A DNA stretch of 63,684 nt, filler included, from Octopus bimaculoides (taxonomy: Eukaryota), in NCBI RefSeq assembly GCF_001194135.2. It is 4 parts of 3 records of this genome, joined end to end, with 100 filler letters (N's around TTAATTAATTAA, not from the genome) between each part and the next. Parts side by side here need not be neighbours in the genome. Positions count along the whole stretch, not along the records: positions 50,210 to 60,458 come from NC_069004.1; positions 60,559 to 63,684 come from NC_068996.1; 2 more parts are not named here. One strand, given 5' to 3'. Both the position numbers and the translations under genes were made by a program. Below are positions 51,205 through 62,897 of the stretch, piece by piece. Position 1 is the stretch's first letter. Every line of letters starts with the position of its first letter. The notes under the pieces are model-generated. The model was not told the origin of the DNA. It did not search any database and worked only from the letters and a program-made list of their open reading frames with translations.

Positions 51205-51600
51205 TGTTTCAGTCATGCTGGAGCACCGCCTTTAGTCGAGCAAATCGACCCCAGGACTTATTCTTTGTAAGTCCAGTACTTAATCTATCAGTCTCTTATG
51301 CCGAACTGCTAAGTTATGGGGGATGTTAACATTCCAGCATTGGTTGTCAAGCAATGTTGGGGGTGGGGACAAACACAGACACACAAATATATACACACAC
51401 ACACATAGACATTTATATACATATACACATATATATATACAGCGAGCCTCTTTCAGTCTCTGTCTACCAAATCCACTCACAAGGCTTTGGTCGGCCTGAG
51501 GCTATAGTAGAAGACACTTGCCCAAGGTGCCACACAGTGGTACTCAACCCAGAACCATGTGGTTGGTAAGCAAGCTACTTACCACACAGCCACTCCTGCG
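51205..51600 (-). mobile_element. SINE family A
   Basis: Reverse complement of the full family A head, body and tail. Confidence 0.9.
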
Positions 51601-51759
51601 CCTATATATAAATAAATGTTTATATTTTTATATATGTTTTTATACATCTATATATAAATGCATTTTTATGTCAAGTTATATTCAGAAACAATTTCACATT
51701 AAACTAAAAGATGACTTGATACTTTCTCTTGTTAAAGTTTTACAGCAACACATCCGCTG

Positions 51760-52016
51760 AAAACTATTACCACAACCAACACCTCCAATACCACAACCAC
51801 CCACAACATAACCACCAAAAGTACTAACATAGCCGATACTACCATTACTAATACAACAAACTCACCTGCCACCAACACTGACACACTACTAATACTACTA
51901 TTACTACAACTCCCACTACCATCTACCACCAGTGCCAATTTTACCATCACAGCAATCAATACAATGACCACTACCAACATTGTTACTACCCTTACTGTGA
52001 TTACTAATGCTCTGTT

Positions 52017-52047
<31 letters not shown>

Positions 52048-52125
52048 GTTCTACCACCATCACCACCACCACCACCACCACCAGAATCAATATTCCACCA
52101 CCATCCCATCTCCATCACCATTGCT
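51760..52125. repeat. Low-complexity degenerate (ACC/ACT/AAC)n tract
   Basis: Direct reading. A similar (GGT)n-type tract lies at 55325-55540. Confidence 0.85.
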
Positions 52126-52189
52126 CCTTTCATGTCCGATATATTGCTATGGGAACTACATAGAATGAAATACACACACACTCACACAC

Positions 52190-52430
52190 ACACCTTTTCT
52201 ATCTTTTGCTTGTTTCAATCATTAGACTGTGGCCATGCTGGGGTACTCCTTGAAGAATTTTTAGCCAAATGAACTGACACCGGTACTTTTTTTTTTTTTT
52301 TTTTTTTTTTTTTGTAAGCCTTGTACTTATTGTATCAATCTCTTTTACTGATCCACTAAGTTACAGGGACGTAAACACACCAAAACTGGTTGTCATGTGG
52401 TGATGACAAACACAGACACAAAGATACACA
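52190..52430 (-). mobile_element. SINE family A, 3' fragment
   Basis: GACTGTGGCCATGCTGGGGTACTCC..CTAAGTTACAGGGACGTAAACACACCAA. Confidence 0.75.
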
Positions 52431-52924
52431 CACACACTCACACTCACACACATTAGGATAGTGCTGCTGTTACTAACCCAGATATCTAAGACAGCAACCA
52501 GGGTAGAACCAGTCATAAAATCACTCTCAGACACATTCTAACCTCTGGCTCACAGACATGCTGTGTCCTCCCTCTGCTGCCATCACTTTACAGGCCTGTA
52601 TTCTTCAGCTTGGTTTGACTTGTATCACCTAATTTCAGATTCCCCTCCCTCATACATCTGTCCCCTTTTTACCACCCATATTATGCCCCTCCTCTAGGAT
52701 GTGCACTAAGCACTAATCTCCAGGATTTCCCCTGTCTTCCCCAAACTTAACTTTCTGAGATTTCATCCCCATAGCCATTCGCTTTGCAACAGTCCAAGTG
52801 TAACTTTAATGGCATCCATCTCCTGAATCTCAAAGGGCTGCGAAGTCCATGGGTGCTGCCCTTTTCTATAAACAAGACTAATTTAAAAATATAAATTAAA
52901 ATAATAATAATGGTTTCTAATTTT

Positions 52925-53117
52925 GGCATAAGCAATTTGGGGGAGGGGGTATGCTGATTACATCGACCCCATTGCTCAACTGGTACTTATTTTATTGATC
53001 CCCGAAAGGATGAAAGGTAAAGTCGACCTCGGTGGAATTTGAACTCAGAACATAATGATGGACAAAATGCCACTGAGAATTTTGCCCAGTATGCTAACAA
53101 TTATGCCAGCTCACTGC

Positions 53118-53168
<51 letters not shown>

Positions 53169-53425
53169 AATAATAATAATAATAATAATAATAATCATCG
53201 TCATCATCATCTTTTCTGCTCAAGGCACGAGGCTTCAAATTTTGGGAGAGGGGACTAGTCGGTTACATCGACCCCAATGTTTCACTGGTACTTAATTTAT
53301 CAACCCTGAAAGGATGAAAGGCAAAGTTGACCTTGGCAGAATTTGAACTCAGAACATAGCAATGAGTGGAATACTGCTAAGCATTTCATCCAGCATGCTA
53401 ATGTTTCTGCCAACTCACCACCTTC
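52925..53425 (-). mobile_element. Two tandem SINE family B copies separated by (CAT)n(AAT)n
   Basis: Both contain AAAGGATGAAAGG.AAAGT.GACCT.GG..GAATTTGAACTCAGAACATA. CpGs are largely converted to TpG/CpA. Confidence 0.9.
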
Positions 53426-55818
53426 TTAATGATAATAATAATAATAATGATTTCTTTGGTAATGTGGGTCTTTTGATCCCACACATGCCCAAGGCATTTT
53501 TGTACTTCGCTCTCAGGAGCGTTTTCCATCCGTCAAGACTTGACTCTGATGCAACGGTATGTTACCATGCATCTTGCGATATTTTCTATCACATCAGATG
53601 GAGGATTCAGAGCTACCCTTCTCCCATCTCTTTTTACAATTTTTCTTGCCAATCTTAATTCTTCTTCATCTTTGTGGAAACTTGCTATATTTCACACCAC
53701 TGACACAAAAGATGCAAAGGCGATATCTGCATTTTTATGTTTCATTTCTTTCGCATTGTTGTTGTTGTTGTTGCTGTTCTCGTTGACACCAAAAGTTTTG
53801 ACTTTGCTTAGAGACCCAACAAAGGAATGCATTCCTTTGTCAAACATTATGATGGCTTCTTTTTTATTTATCTTTAAATAATTACGGAAAATTGCAAAAT
53901 ATTTGTTTTTGCCAAAAGCAGTTAAAATTTAAAAATTATTGAAGCACACCCCCTGCAAAACAGGGGGTGGTGTTTCTACACAGAAATGTTACCTGCACAG
54001 TCCAGAAAATCTTAGAAATGTAATGGTAATAACAGAAATGAAAAGTCGAGGCCTTAGAAGGCCGGAAAGATTACAAAGACTTTTTCAATTTACCAAGCAC
54101 CAAATTTCGATGACTTCACAGTATGACGGCCATAATAATAATAATAATGATAATAATGATGATGATGATGATAATGCTTTCTTTATTAACCACTAAGGGT
54201 TCATAAATAATACTAATAATAATAATAATAATAGGGACCTTTTGAGTGGGATGGGCTACTCAACCTGAAGAAACTTCTAACTGGGTCCCACCTGCGAGGT
54301 CATGCGCTATTTATCTTGATATGAGATCACCATGTCACGCACATAATGGTTGTGATGCATGTGCCTGGTGTACCCTTATCAGACGGGTAGTCATGATGGG
54401 TATAATGGNNNNNNNNNNNNNNNNNNNNNNNNNNNNNNNNNNNNNNNNNNNNNNNNNNNNNNNNNNNNNNNNNNNNNNNNNNNNNNNNNNNNNNNNNNNN
54501 NNNNNNNNNNNNNNNNNNNNNNNNNNNNNNNNNNNNNNNNNNNNNNNNNNNNNNNNNNNNNNNNNNNNNNNNNNNNNNNNNNNNNNNNNNNNNNNNNNNN
54601 NNNNNNNNNNNNNNNNNNNNNNNNNNNNNNNNNNNNNNNNNNNNNNNNNNNNNNNNNNNNNNNNNNNNNNNNNNNNNNNNNNNNNNNNNNNNNNNNNNNN
54701 NNNNNNNNNNNNNNNNNNNNNNNNNNNNNNNNNNNNNNNNNNNNNNNNNNNNNNNNNNNNNNNNNNNNNNNNNNNNNNNNNNNNNNNNNNNNNNNNNNNN
54801 NNNNNNNNNNNNNNNNNNNNNNNNNNNNNNNNAAGAATATATGTATGCATATATGAGTGTGTGTGTATGTATACATATATTCATATATGTATATATATGT
54901 GCGCATATATATATATATATGTATGAACTTAGGTATATATGAGCATGTATGTGTGTACATATCTGAGTGTAAGTATATGTGTGTGTGCACATATGTGTAT
55001 GTATATGTATGTATGTATTTGTGTATCTATGCATGTGTAGAAATGTATGATTGTATGTATATATGTAAGTATAAATGTGTGTGTAAAAGTATGTATGTAT
55101 GTGTATAAGTATATGTATGTATGTATAAAAGTGTGTGTATGTATGTGTATAAGTATATGTATGTATGTATAAAAGTGTGTGTATGTATGTATGTATATAT
55201 GTTATGTTTGTGTGTAAAAGAAAAATCAATAAACTAATCAATAACAGAAAAGCTACAGAAATAAATAAAAGAAATGCCAATTTCCTGACATCTGTCCAAA
55301 ACCAGGCGTGGACACATGGACACACGATTTGTATGACCACCTGGATGGTGGTGGTTGTGGTGGTGGTAGTGATAGTGCTGTTGGCTACTGTGGCTATGGT
55401 AGTCACAGTGCTTATAAAGATGGTGGTGGTGGTGGTGGTGGTCATAGTGACTTTGGTTATGATGGCGATGGTGGAGGACAAGGTAGTGGTGATTGTGATA
55501 AAGATTTTTGTGGTGGCAGTGGTGGTGATGATGATGACAATACATACATATATATATATAGTTTTAAGGAAAAGAACCAAGGTTCATGAACTCATCAATG
55601 AAAATCCACTGTCACATATAGAAAAATTAATAAGTAAAAGCACAATAAATAAGTATAATACAAAGTAAATATCATAAGATAATGATAATAACACGACTAC
55701 ACGTGTTTCATAACCAATTTTCAAATAGAAAGAATATTTAAATCGATTAAAACTATCGAAAATATATATATATATATATCCATTGGTGTTAATGAACAAA
55801 AGAAAAAGTTCTTCATAC

Positions 55819-56210
55819 CAGGCATGGCTGTGTAGTAAGAAGCTTCCTTCCCAACCACAGGTTCCGAGTTCAGTCCCACTGTGTAGCACCTGGGGCAAGT
55901 GTTTTCTACTATAGCCTCAGGTTGACCAAAGCCTTCTGAGTGGATTTGGTAGATAGAAACTGAAAGAAGCCCATCACATATATATATGTGTGTATATGTT
56001 TATGTCTGTGTGTATCTGTGTTTGTCCCCCTGTCATTGCTTGACGACTGATGTTGGTGTGTGTGTTTACATCCCCAAAACTTAGTGGTTCAGCTAGAGAG
56101 AATAAGTACTAGGTTTACAAAGAATAAGTTCTGGGGTCGATTTCTTTGACTATCGGTGGTGCTCCAGCATGGCCTCAGTCAAATGACTGAAACAATTAAA
56201 AGAATAGAAG
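55819..56210 (+). mobile_element. SINE family A
   Basis: GGCATGGCTGTGTAGTAAGAAGCTTCC..GAGTTCAGTCCCACTG..GGTGGTGCTCCAGCATGGCCTCAGTCAAATGACTGAAAC. Confidence 0.9.
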
Positions 56211-57210
56211 AATACCATGATAGAAAATAATAATAATTTATGTGAATTGATCAAATTGACAACTACACTGAAGTTTCTCCATCATTAATTCAATTCATCA
56301 GATGGAATAAACAGGATAAGAAAACAGACGTCCTCTCACAAGAGTAACTGGACTTAAGCATATAATTGATGTACAAGAACCAGAGGGAAGAGTATGATTT
56401 ACTAGTCATCTGTTAGCAACAAAATAGAAGTAGACTTTACTCCTGAATCAGCAGGAAAAAAAAAAAGAACTGAAGAAATAGTTTTAAAGGAAAGAGAGTG
56501 TGAAAAATGATGCCATATGAGTTGTAATTGGAGTAGAAATATTATTTCAGCTCTTGGAGGTTATTGCTAACTGGCAGCATAGTAGATATGGTAGAAGGAA
56601 GGCGAAACAGGAGAATGGATTTAGTTCCCAAGAGGTTAAATAATGAAATAAACTGCTGCCACGGAAGGGAATGGCTATGGTGATGCCTTCCATGGTGCTA
56701 AGAGTCATACCGACCTCAGATTTGATTATCAAACATCCAAACGAAAAATCTATACCAAAATGTAATACTAGGAGCACACTATAGTTTGGAGTATGCAGGT
56801 TTATGCGTGCACTATTTACTTTGGGACACTAGGGGGCATAGATTGTTTTCACCATCTCAGTTTATCACCTGTTGATCTTTGTGTCAAGTGTTCATTTGGC
56901 AACGATGGTGACATCACCATAAATTATGCAGAATCTTAGTGCGATCTAGTGTAGAATCCGCAATTTGGGTTTCTCACATTTGCAGCATATCTGCAATACG
57001 GTATAATGCTAGGTTTGCTTTAGCATAATAGTGTATCATTATTTTGTTTCATCATATAATGAGATTCATGCTGCATAAATCCAGATATCAAATCCAAGTA
57101 CTAAAAGCTGAATGCAAAGTACAAACATTAATATTCAAAATGCACAACGATAAGGGTACATAAATCAGAATGTAACAGATATAAATATTTTTTAAAAGAC
57201 CTTTGAGCAA

Positions 57211-57415
57211 TCATCATCATCATCATCATTTAACTTCCGCTTTCCATGCTAGCATGGGTTGGACGATTTGATTGGGGACTGGCGAACTGGATCGCTACAC
57301 CAGACTCCAATCTGATCTGGCAGAGTTTCTACAGCTGGATGCCCTTCCTAATGCCAACCACTCCAAGAGTGTAGTGTGTGGTTTTTACATGCCACCAGCA
57401 TGAGGGCCAGTCTGG
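57211..57415 (-). mobile_element. Interspersed repeat with a (GAT)n tail, likely a LINE (RTE-type) 3' end or derived SINE
   Basis: (CAT)n followed by TTTAACTTCCGCTTTCCATGCTAGCATGGGTTGGACG..CTGGATGCCCTTCCTAATGCCAACC. Family assignment is by recollection only. Confidence 0.5.
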
Positions 57416-58599
57416 TGAGTGAGAATTTATTAAAAATATGCAAGGTAAAGTCAATAAAGACAAAGGCAAGATATTATATTGCCCTTTATAGGATATCTAT
57501 TGCTTCTATCATTATTTTGGAATGCTTTCTTTTATCAAATATAAGATAGAAAATAAAGGAGTCCAGAGAAAAAGTGTTATTGCTGGCAGGCCATTCTAAT
57601 GAGTTGTGAACTCAGAAGTAAGGGTGCCAAAGTAAGCATGATGAAGACTTTTTATTTCACCAAGACAACACTCAACTATGCTGCAACAATGCACGAGTTT
57701 CCTGACTCAGAATTGCCTCAACAAACATGGACAAGTGAGTGGGGTAAAGTTAAATAACAACCATGATTTCAGGTGTTATCAAAGATAAAATGTTTCCAAG
57801 AATATCTTAAACAGTTCTGCTACAAGGGTATTCATTCATAAGACAAACCTTTAAAAGAAATTTATGACAATATAATGTCCTCTGAATCAAGCTGTGTTTA
57901 TGAATGTATAAATACCAGTGAAGGAAAGTCAGCTTAACAGATTGTATTTCATTAGAATTTGAGAGATTAAAAACTTGTTTAATTGCAATAAATATGAATA
58001 AGTATATCAGCCTTGATCTAATTTAATTCAGTTATTGCCATAACCATAACTTAGTATTCATCAGCATGTTGCCTTTATTTTCTCATGATAAAGACTACAT
58101 ACATAGTTTTACACCTGATACATGTGTATGTGTGTGTGTGAGGTTGCTCTTGAATGCTACAGATAGCATCTATCTCAGTGCAACCTGTTGTATGGTTGGG
58201 CCATAGGCAACTAAACTGGCAACATCACCAAAGTTGCTTGGTGAGTAAGGTGGTTTTTGAAGGTCCTACAGGATAGAAAATAACACCTGCCGAAGGATGA
58301 ATGACCTGAAGAATCAATGACTATCCAGTAACATGATACCTTGGAAGTGCAACAAATAAAGATAGAACATTAAATTCAGATATATCTCTTAGGATTCAAA
58401 ATCCAACAAAATCTTTTGGTAGTTTAGAGTTTCAGGGTTTAATCACACAGACATATTAACATTTAAACAAAAGTATCTGTTTTCAAATCTTATGTGTTAT
58501 CCTCTTTTCTATACTGCCCTGGGCATGTTACAAACATCATTTCAGACTCCTGCAACAATTCCATTGAAAATTCTTGTGCCATATTTTTTTCTACTCTAG

Positions 58600-59148
58600 G
58601 CAAAAGGCCCGAAATTTTGGGGTGGGGGGGCCAATCGATTAGATCAACCCAAGTACACAACTGGCACTTAATTTATCAACCCCGAAAGGATGAAAGGCAA
58701 AGTCGACCTTGGTGAAATTTGAACTCAAAACGTAAAGACAGACAAAATACCAGGTATGACTATGTGGTAAGAAGTTTGCTTCCCAATCTCATGGTTCCAA
58801 GTTCGCTCCCACTGCGTGGCACCTTGGGCAAGTGTCTTCTACTACAGCCTTAGGCCAACCAAAGCCTCATGATTGAATTCAGTAGATGGAAACTGTAAGA
58901 AGCCCATCATAAATGTGTGTGTATTTGTGTGTGTGTGTATGTCTTTTTGTTTGTGTTTGTCTACTACCACTTAACAACTGGTGTTTATGTCCCCACCACT
59001 TAGTGGTTCAGCAAAAGAGACCAAAGTAATAAGTACCAGGCTTTTACAGAAAAAAAAAAGTACTGGGGTCAATTCATTCAGCTAAAAGTTCTTCAAGGCA
59101 GCGCTCCTGCATGGCCATAGTGTAATGACTGAAACAAGTAAAAGATAA
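58600..59148. mobile_element. SINE family B (minus, about 58600-58745) abutting head-to-head a SINE family A copy (plus, about 58751-59148)
   Basis: AAAGGATGAAAGGCAAAGTCGACCTTGGTGAAATTTGAACTC, then TGTGGTAAGAAGTTTGCTTCCCAA...GCATGGCCATAGTGTAATGACTGAAACAAGTAAAAG. Confidence 0.85.
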
Positions 59149-59280
59149 ATGCACTCAGTAATAGTAGTAGTAGTAGTAGCAGCAGCAGCAGCAGCCGGAA
59201 CATACAACCCACTCCCTCATTGTGAGTTTGTTCCAAGTAAAATATACTTATAGATTTCTGAGAAAAATATCTGTAAATCA

Positions 59281-59316
<36 letters not shown>

Positions 59317-60458
59317 TTCTATTTACCCACCTACTTATCTAGTGTGTGTGTGTGTCTGTCTGTCTATCTATCTGTCCATCTGCCCGTCTATCTATCTATC
59401 TATCTATCTATCTATTTATCTACCCATCTATCTATCTATCTACCCATCTATCTATCTATCTATCTATCTGCCCGTCTATCTGTCTGTCTATCTATCTCTC
59501 TCTCTATCTATCTATCTATCTACCACCTACATATCTACCCATCTATCTAGCTATTTATCTTTCTCCTTCTCCTTTTCATTTTCTCCCTCACTCTCTCGAT
59601 ATCCTCCCTCCTTCTCTTCACCTCTCACTCATCCTTCTTCCCTCTTTCTTTCTCCATGTCTTCCCTCCCTCTCTTCACTCCACCCCTCCCTCGCTCCCCA
59701 TCTTACTCATAACCAACCTTAAACAGGGATTCTTATTCCCACAAACATTGCAATAGATGGAGAAGGGCTGAAGGCCCTGCAATCTCACTGCCATGTACTT
59801 GGGTGTGACTGTGAGTGAGTATGTGTGTGTGTAAGTATTGTGTGCGTGTATGAGTGCGTACATGAGTAAATATGTGTGTGTGTCCATTTACTTCTTCATA
59901 AGTCATCAAGTTTCCAGTCAACAAATTATGAAACAGGTTCTCTCTTTCCCACCACCACCACCACCTTTCCATCTCTCTCTCTTTCCCCCGATCCCCATCT
60001 CTCCTCTTTCTCCACTTCACCCCTCTATTTTAACCAGGAAACATCAATCAATGTTCTTTTGTTTTCACCAACATTTCCTCAGAGTCATACAAATTGTTTT
60101 TTGTTTTGATCGACCAGCCTGCTGGAAATAGCAGCCAAATTCCACCAAAAACAACACTCAACCATCCTAAAAGATGAAAGACATGCTGAGCGATGTAGTC
60201 TCAGAATATAAAAATGAAAAGAAACGCAAAAAAATGACGAGAGAGGGATGACTGAAAATTGTTTTCAAAAATTCTCTGAAAATTCTTCAAAAATCATGCT
60301 TGTATGATGCCAAATTTTCTATATGCTCTTGAGATGCCAGAATATCTGGAACTGCCCCTTTCCACCATCTTGAATAAGAAAGGGACCTTTACGTTAGTGT
60401 AATTTTATATAGTTTTACTTCAACACTTCTGTTGCTTATTTTGATATATATATATATA

Positions 60459-60558
60459 NNNNNNNNNNNNNNNNNNNNNNNNNNNNNNNNNNNNNNNNNN
60501 NNTTAATTAATTAANNNNNNNNNNNNNNNNNNNNNNNNNNNNNNNNNNNNNNNNNNNN
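60459..60558. other. Artificial assembly linker N44-TTAATTAATTAA-N44
   Basis: Same 100-bp construct as at 29593 and 50110. Confidence 0.95.
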
Positions 60559-60870
60559 TCGGCTGCCTTGCAGTCGTGCACCCAATTCCTAGTTGTTTCA
60601 GATTCTTCTGAGGGCTCTCTTTCACCGAGTGTTCGAGCAGCTTGTATAATCACTGAAAAAATTAGACTGCTCAGAGCGACTCTGTTCAACCTGACGCACA
60701 GCACTGAAGGCAAGTGACAAGCGAGTTTACATTGATCAAGAGTGAAAGTCAGAGATTCGCCGGCGTTCATTTTACTGAAACAGCAAAAAGTCCGTGCGGC
60801 AAAGCATAGTCAGTTCTGATGAGGGTATGGTCGAAAGAGATCTGTCCCTGAAAGGAAGATGGGAAATGCC
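60559..60870 (+). mobile_element. Possible Penelope-like 3' end (GIY-YIG tail plus terminal repeat)
   Basis: The frameshifted SV.EA..I..EK..L.R..DSVQ resembles the PLE C-terminus. CTGATGA-N10-GAAA occurs at 60816-60836. Confidence 0.4.
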
Positions 60871-60889
60871 TGTATCATTTTCGTTATTG

Positions 60890-61910
60890 TTCAACACCTG
60901 ACTGTCCTGCCTTGCTCCAGCCATTCCCTAATCAAATTTTAGCGTCTGTTAATTAACTTATTGTGGAAAAGGCGGTTCATCAGCTGACAACACTTTCTGC
61001 ATGGTGGCTTAGGCATGCCTTGATGGCTGATGCACAGACATGCGTTGAAGCTGCACCTTCAGCAGAAAAAATGTCGATGGTGAATGGTTAAGGACAGTGT
61101 TCGTGAGGCACGCCTTTAAGCGTCTCCTTAATGGAGTTGCAGTCTGTTGGGGAAGAGCAAAAACCAAGACGAGGAGCTCGGTAGCTAAAATGTTTTAATC
61201 GCCCTCTACAAGGGAGGTAACAGGATCGGTGGCTGTTCCATTGTAGTTGTTTATAGAGGTTTAATGGCGGAAAAAAGTGACAATATTTTCGAGGAAACTC
61301 TGAGCGTCAAACGAAAATGCAGTTTAGTTTGTTTGGGAGGACTTTCGGATTGGCGATCATTATCGATAACATTCAGAAGTCCTTGACCATGCACTACTAC
61401 CGAGGGGCTCAACAAGTTCGAGATAAAGTCCGGCTTATCCGAGATGAAACCGTCTTGTACGCATTTATTCAACTCCCTGGTAGTGCTGACATGTGGAGTT
61501 GTATCGAACAGCTGTTCACGTGTGAGACGGGACGGACCCTCAGTCGAGTCTACCATGTTGATTACTCTATCACCTTCCTTTAAATGAGTAAGAAAAGCAG
61601 TTTTCCTTTCTGTTCTGTCTATAACGAAAGACATTCTATGATGGAACACGTTCGAAATGTTTGACGCCAGAGATATTACTTTTTGGTAAAACTCACATCG
61701 ACTTTTTCAAGTTTCACTTTGGAGTGGAGAAACGGATGCTGAGAGAATTAAGTGAAAGTGATGAAAATGGTAAGAGTGGATGGAATCTTTCTAAGTATGT
61801 TTGCAAGTCAGAGAATGACATTGCAGTGTTCAAAAGGATATTGAATCTTTGGGGTTCTTTGATTAGCTCTAGATGGAGGACTGAATAATTACCACCAGCA
61901 TTCATTATCT
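60890..61910 (-). mobile_element. Degenerate retroelement ORF, probably a Penelope-like N-terminus and RT
   Basis: Shares SDLQTYLERFHPLLPFS with the PLE fragment at 38880-39060. Downstream L..LK.D...., L.DT, L.P, ..PL, ET.K and FHNK..Q segments loosely follow PLE RT order. Similarity is by eye only. Confidence 0.45.
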
Positions 61911-61928
61911 GTACGCCATGTATACTGG

Positions 61929-62736
61929 TACGATGTGCGTTCCAGAAGTCGCGAGTCTTTTTTTTTTTTGAGAGGCCGTTATAACCGTCCTAGATTATTG
62001 TAATTTTAGTATATCATTACTATATAATCTGCCATTCCAGATTGATGGAGACAGCTGTAACAGCACTTTGAAAATAGCCTACTAAACATTACTTGTCACA
62101 GCTGACCAGCTTACAGAATGCGGTCGGGACGTGAAGACAATTTAGAAGCTCGCTATGGAATAAAGTTCTGTTAAACTGGGCAAAAATGCTACTGAAACTT
62201 AGATTGCTTATATATTAACTTGTATGGCACAAGAAGTCAGGTAAAGTGAGTCTATGGAGAGGCACATCTTGGTACCCCTTTTCGACAGCAAGGGCATTAT
62301 TTACTCCCACTGAGTTCTCTTTGGCCAGACAGACAACAAGGAGTATTTTATGGAAGTTTTGAGGGGGTTCAGAAAGAGATTTTGCCGCAAAAGTTCGGAG
62401 CTCCTGCACCAGAACAATGTACAATTCTACCTAGGTAACTAATTACTTGACAGAAATGGGCATCAAAACTATCCCTTATCCCCACTACAGTCCAGACCTT
62501 GCTCCTTGTAACTTCTGGTTGTTCCCCAAGCTGAAGGAGATGAAGGAGACTGTGATAAGAGTTCTGGACATCTTCACTTTAGAGAACTTGTAAAGGACCT
62601 TCACAAAGTGGCAGGAGCCCTACAACAAGCGTACCGAAGCCAGATAGTCCTATTTTGAAGGAAATTAGAGTTCTGTACTTCTTTGAAATAAGTATCTCTC
62701 CTGAAGAGTCTCAAAACATCTAGAATATACCTTGTA
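61929..62736 (+). mobile_element. Internally deleted mariner (~810 bp)
   Basis: N-terminal EDNLEARYGIKFC.KLGKNATET is followed directly by FDSKGII.., KEYFMEVLR, HQNN and YSPDLAPCNFWLFPKLK (62486 onward), ending YFEGN*. Degenerate TIRs start and end with TA. Confidence 0.9.
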
Positions 62737-62835
62737 TTTCATGTTTATTTTATTCTCATTTGGTTTTTCTATGTAAATCCCCACACTCTCTGTGATTGTT
62801 TTCCTTATTCGATGCCTTGGTGGCAAATAAAAGGG

Positions 62836-62886
<51 letters not shown>

Positions 62887-62897
62887 TGTTGTTGTTG
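62836..62897. repeat. (CAT)n-(GTT)n microsatellite
   Basis: Direct reading. Confidence 0.95.

Noticed and set aside
51732-52272. Thr/Pro-rich or Val/Gly-rich ORFs suggesting a mucin or extensin (also 55165-55668)
   Set aside because: Degenerate trinucleotide low-complexity DNA with no splice or domain evidence, open on both strands because of composition.
5616-54990. Long ORFs in the supplied track containing X-runs and YI/HT/CV/YLSI repeats
   Set aside because: They are translations of N-gaps and di- or tetranucleotide microsatellites, not genes.
60811-60850. CTGATGA-GGGTATGGTC-GAAA as a functional hammerhead
   Set aside because: The core is present but stem II has at most 2 bp and stems I and III do not pair in this copy. 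Kept only as weak support for a Penelope end.
61661-61888. ORF with ENGKSGWNLSKY resembling a tyrosine-recombinase C-terminus
   Set aside because: No H-x-x-R motif upstream and no catalytic Tyr at the expected place. Comparison with the 39-kb homolog favours the opposite strand as coding.
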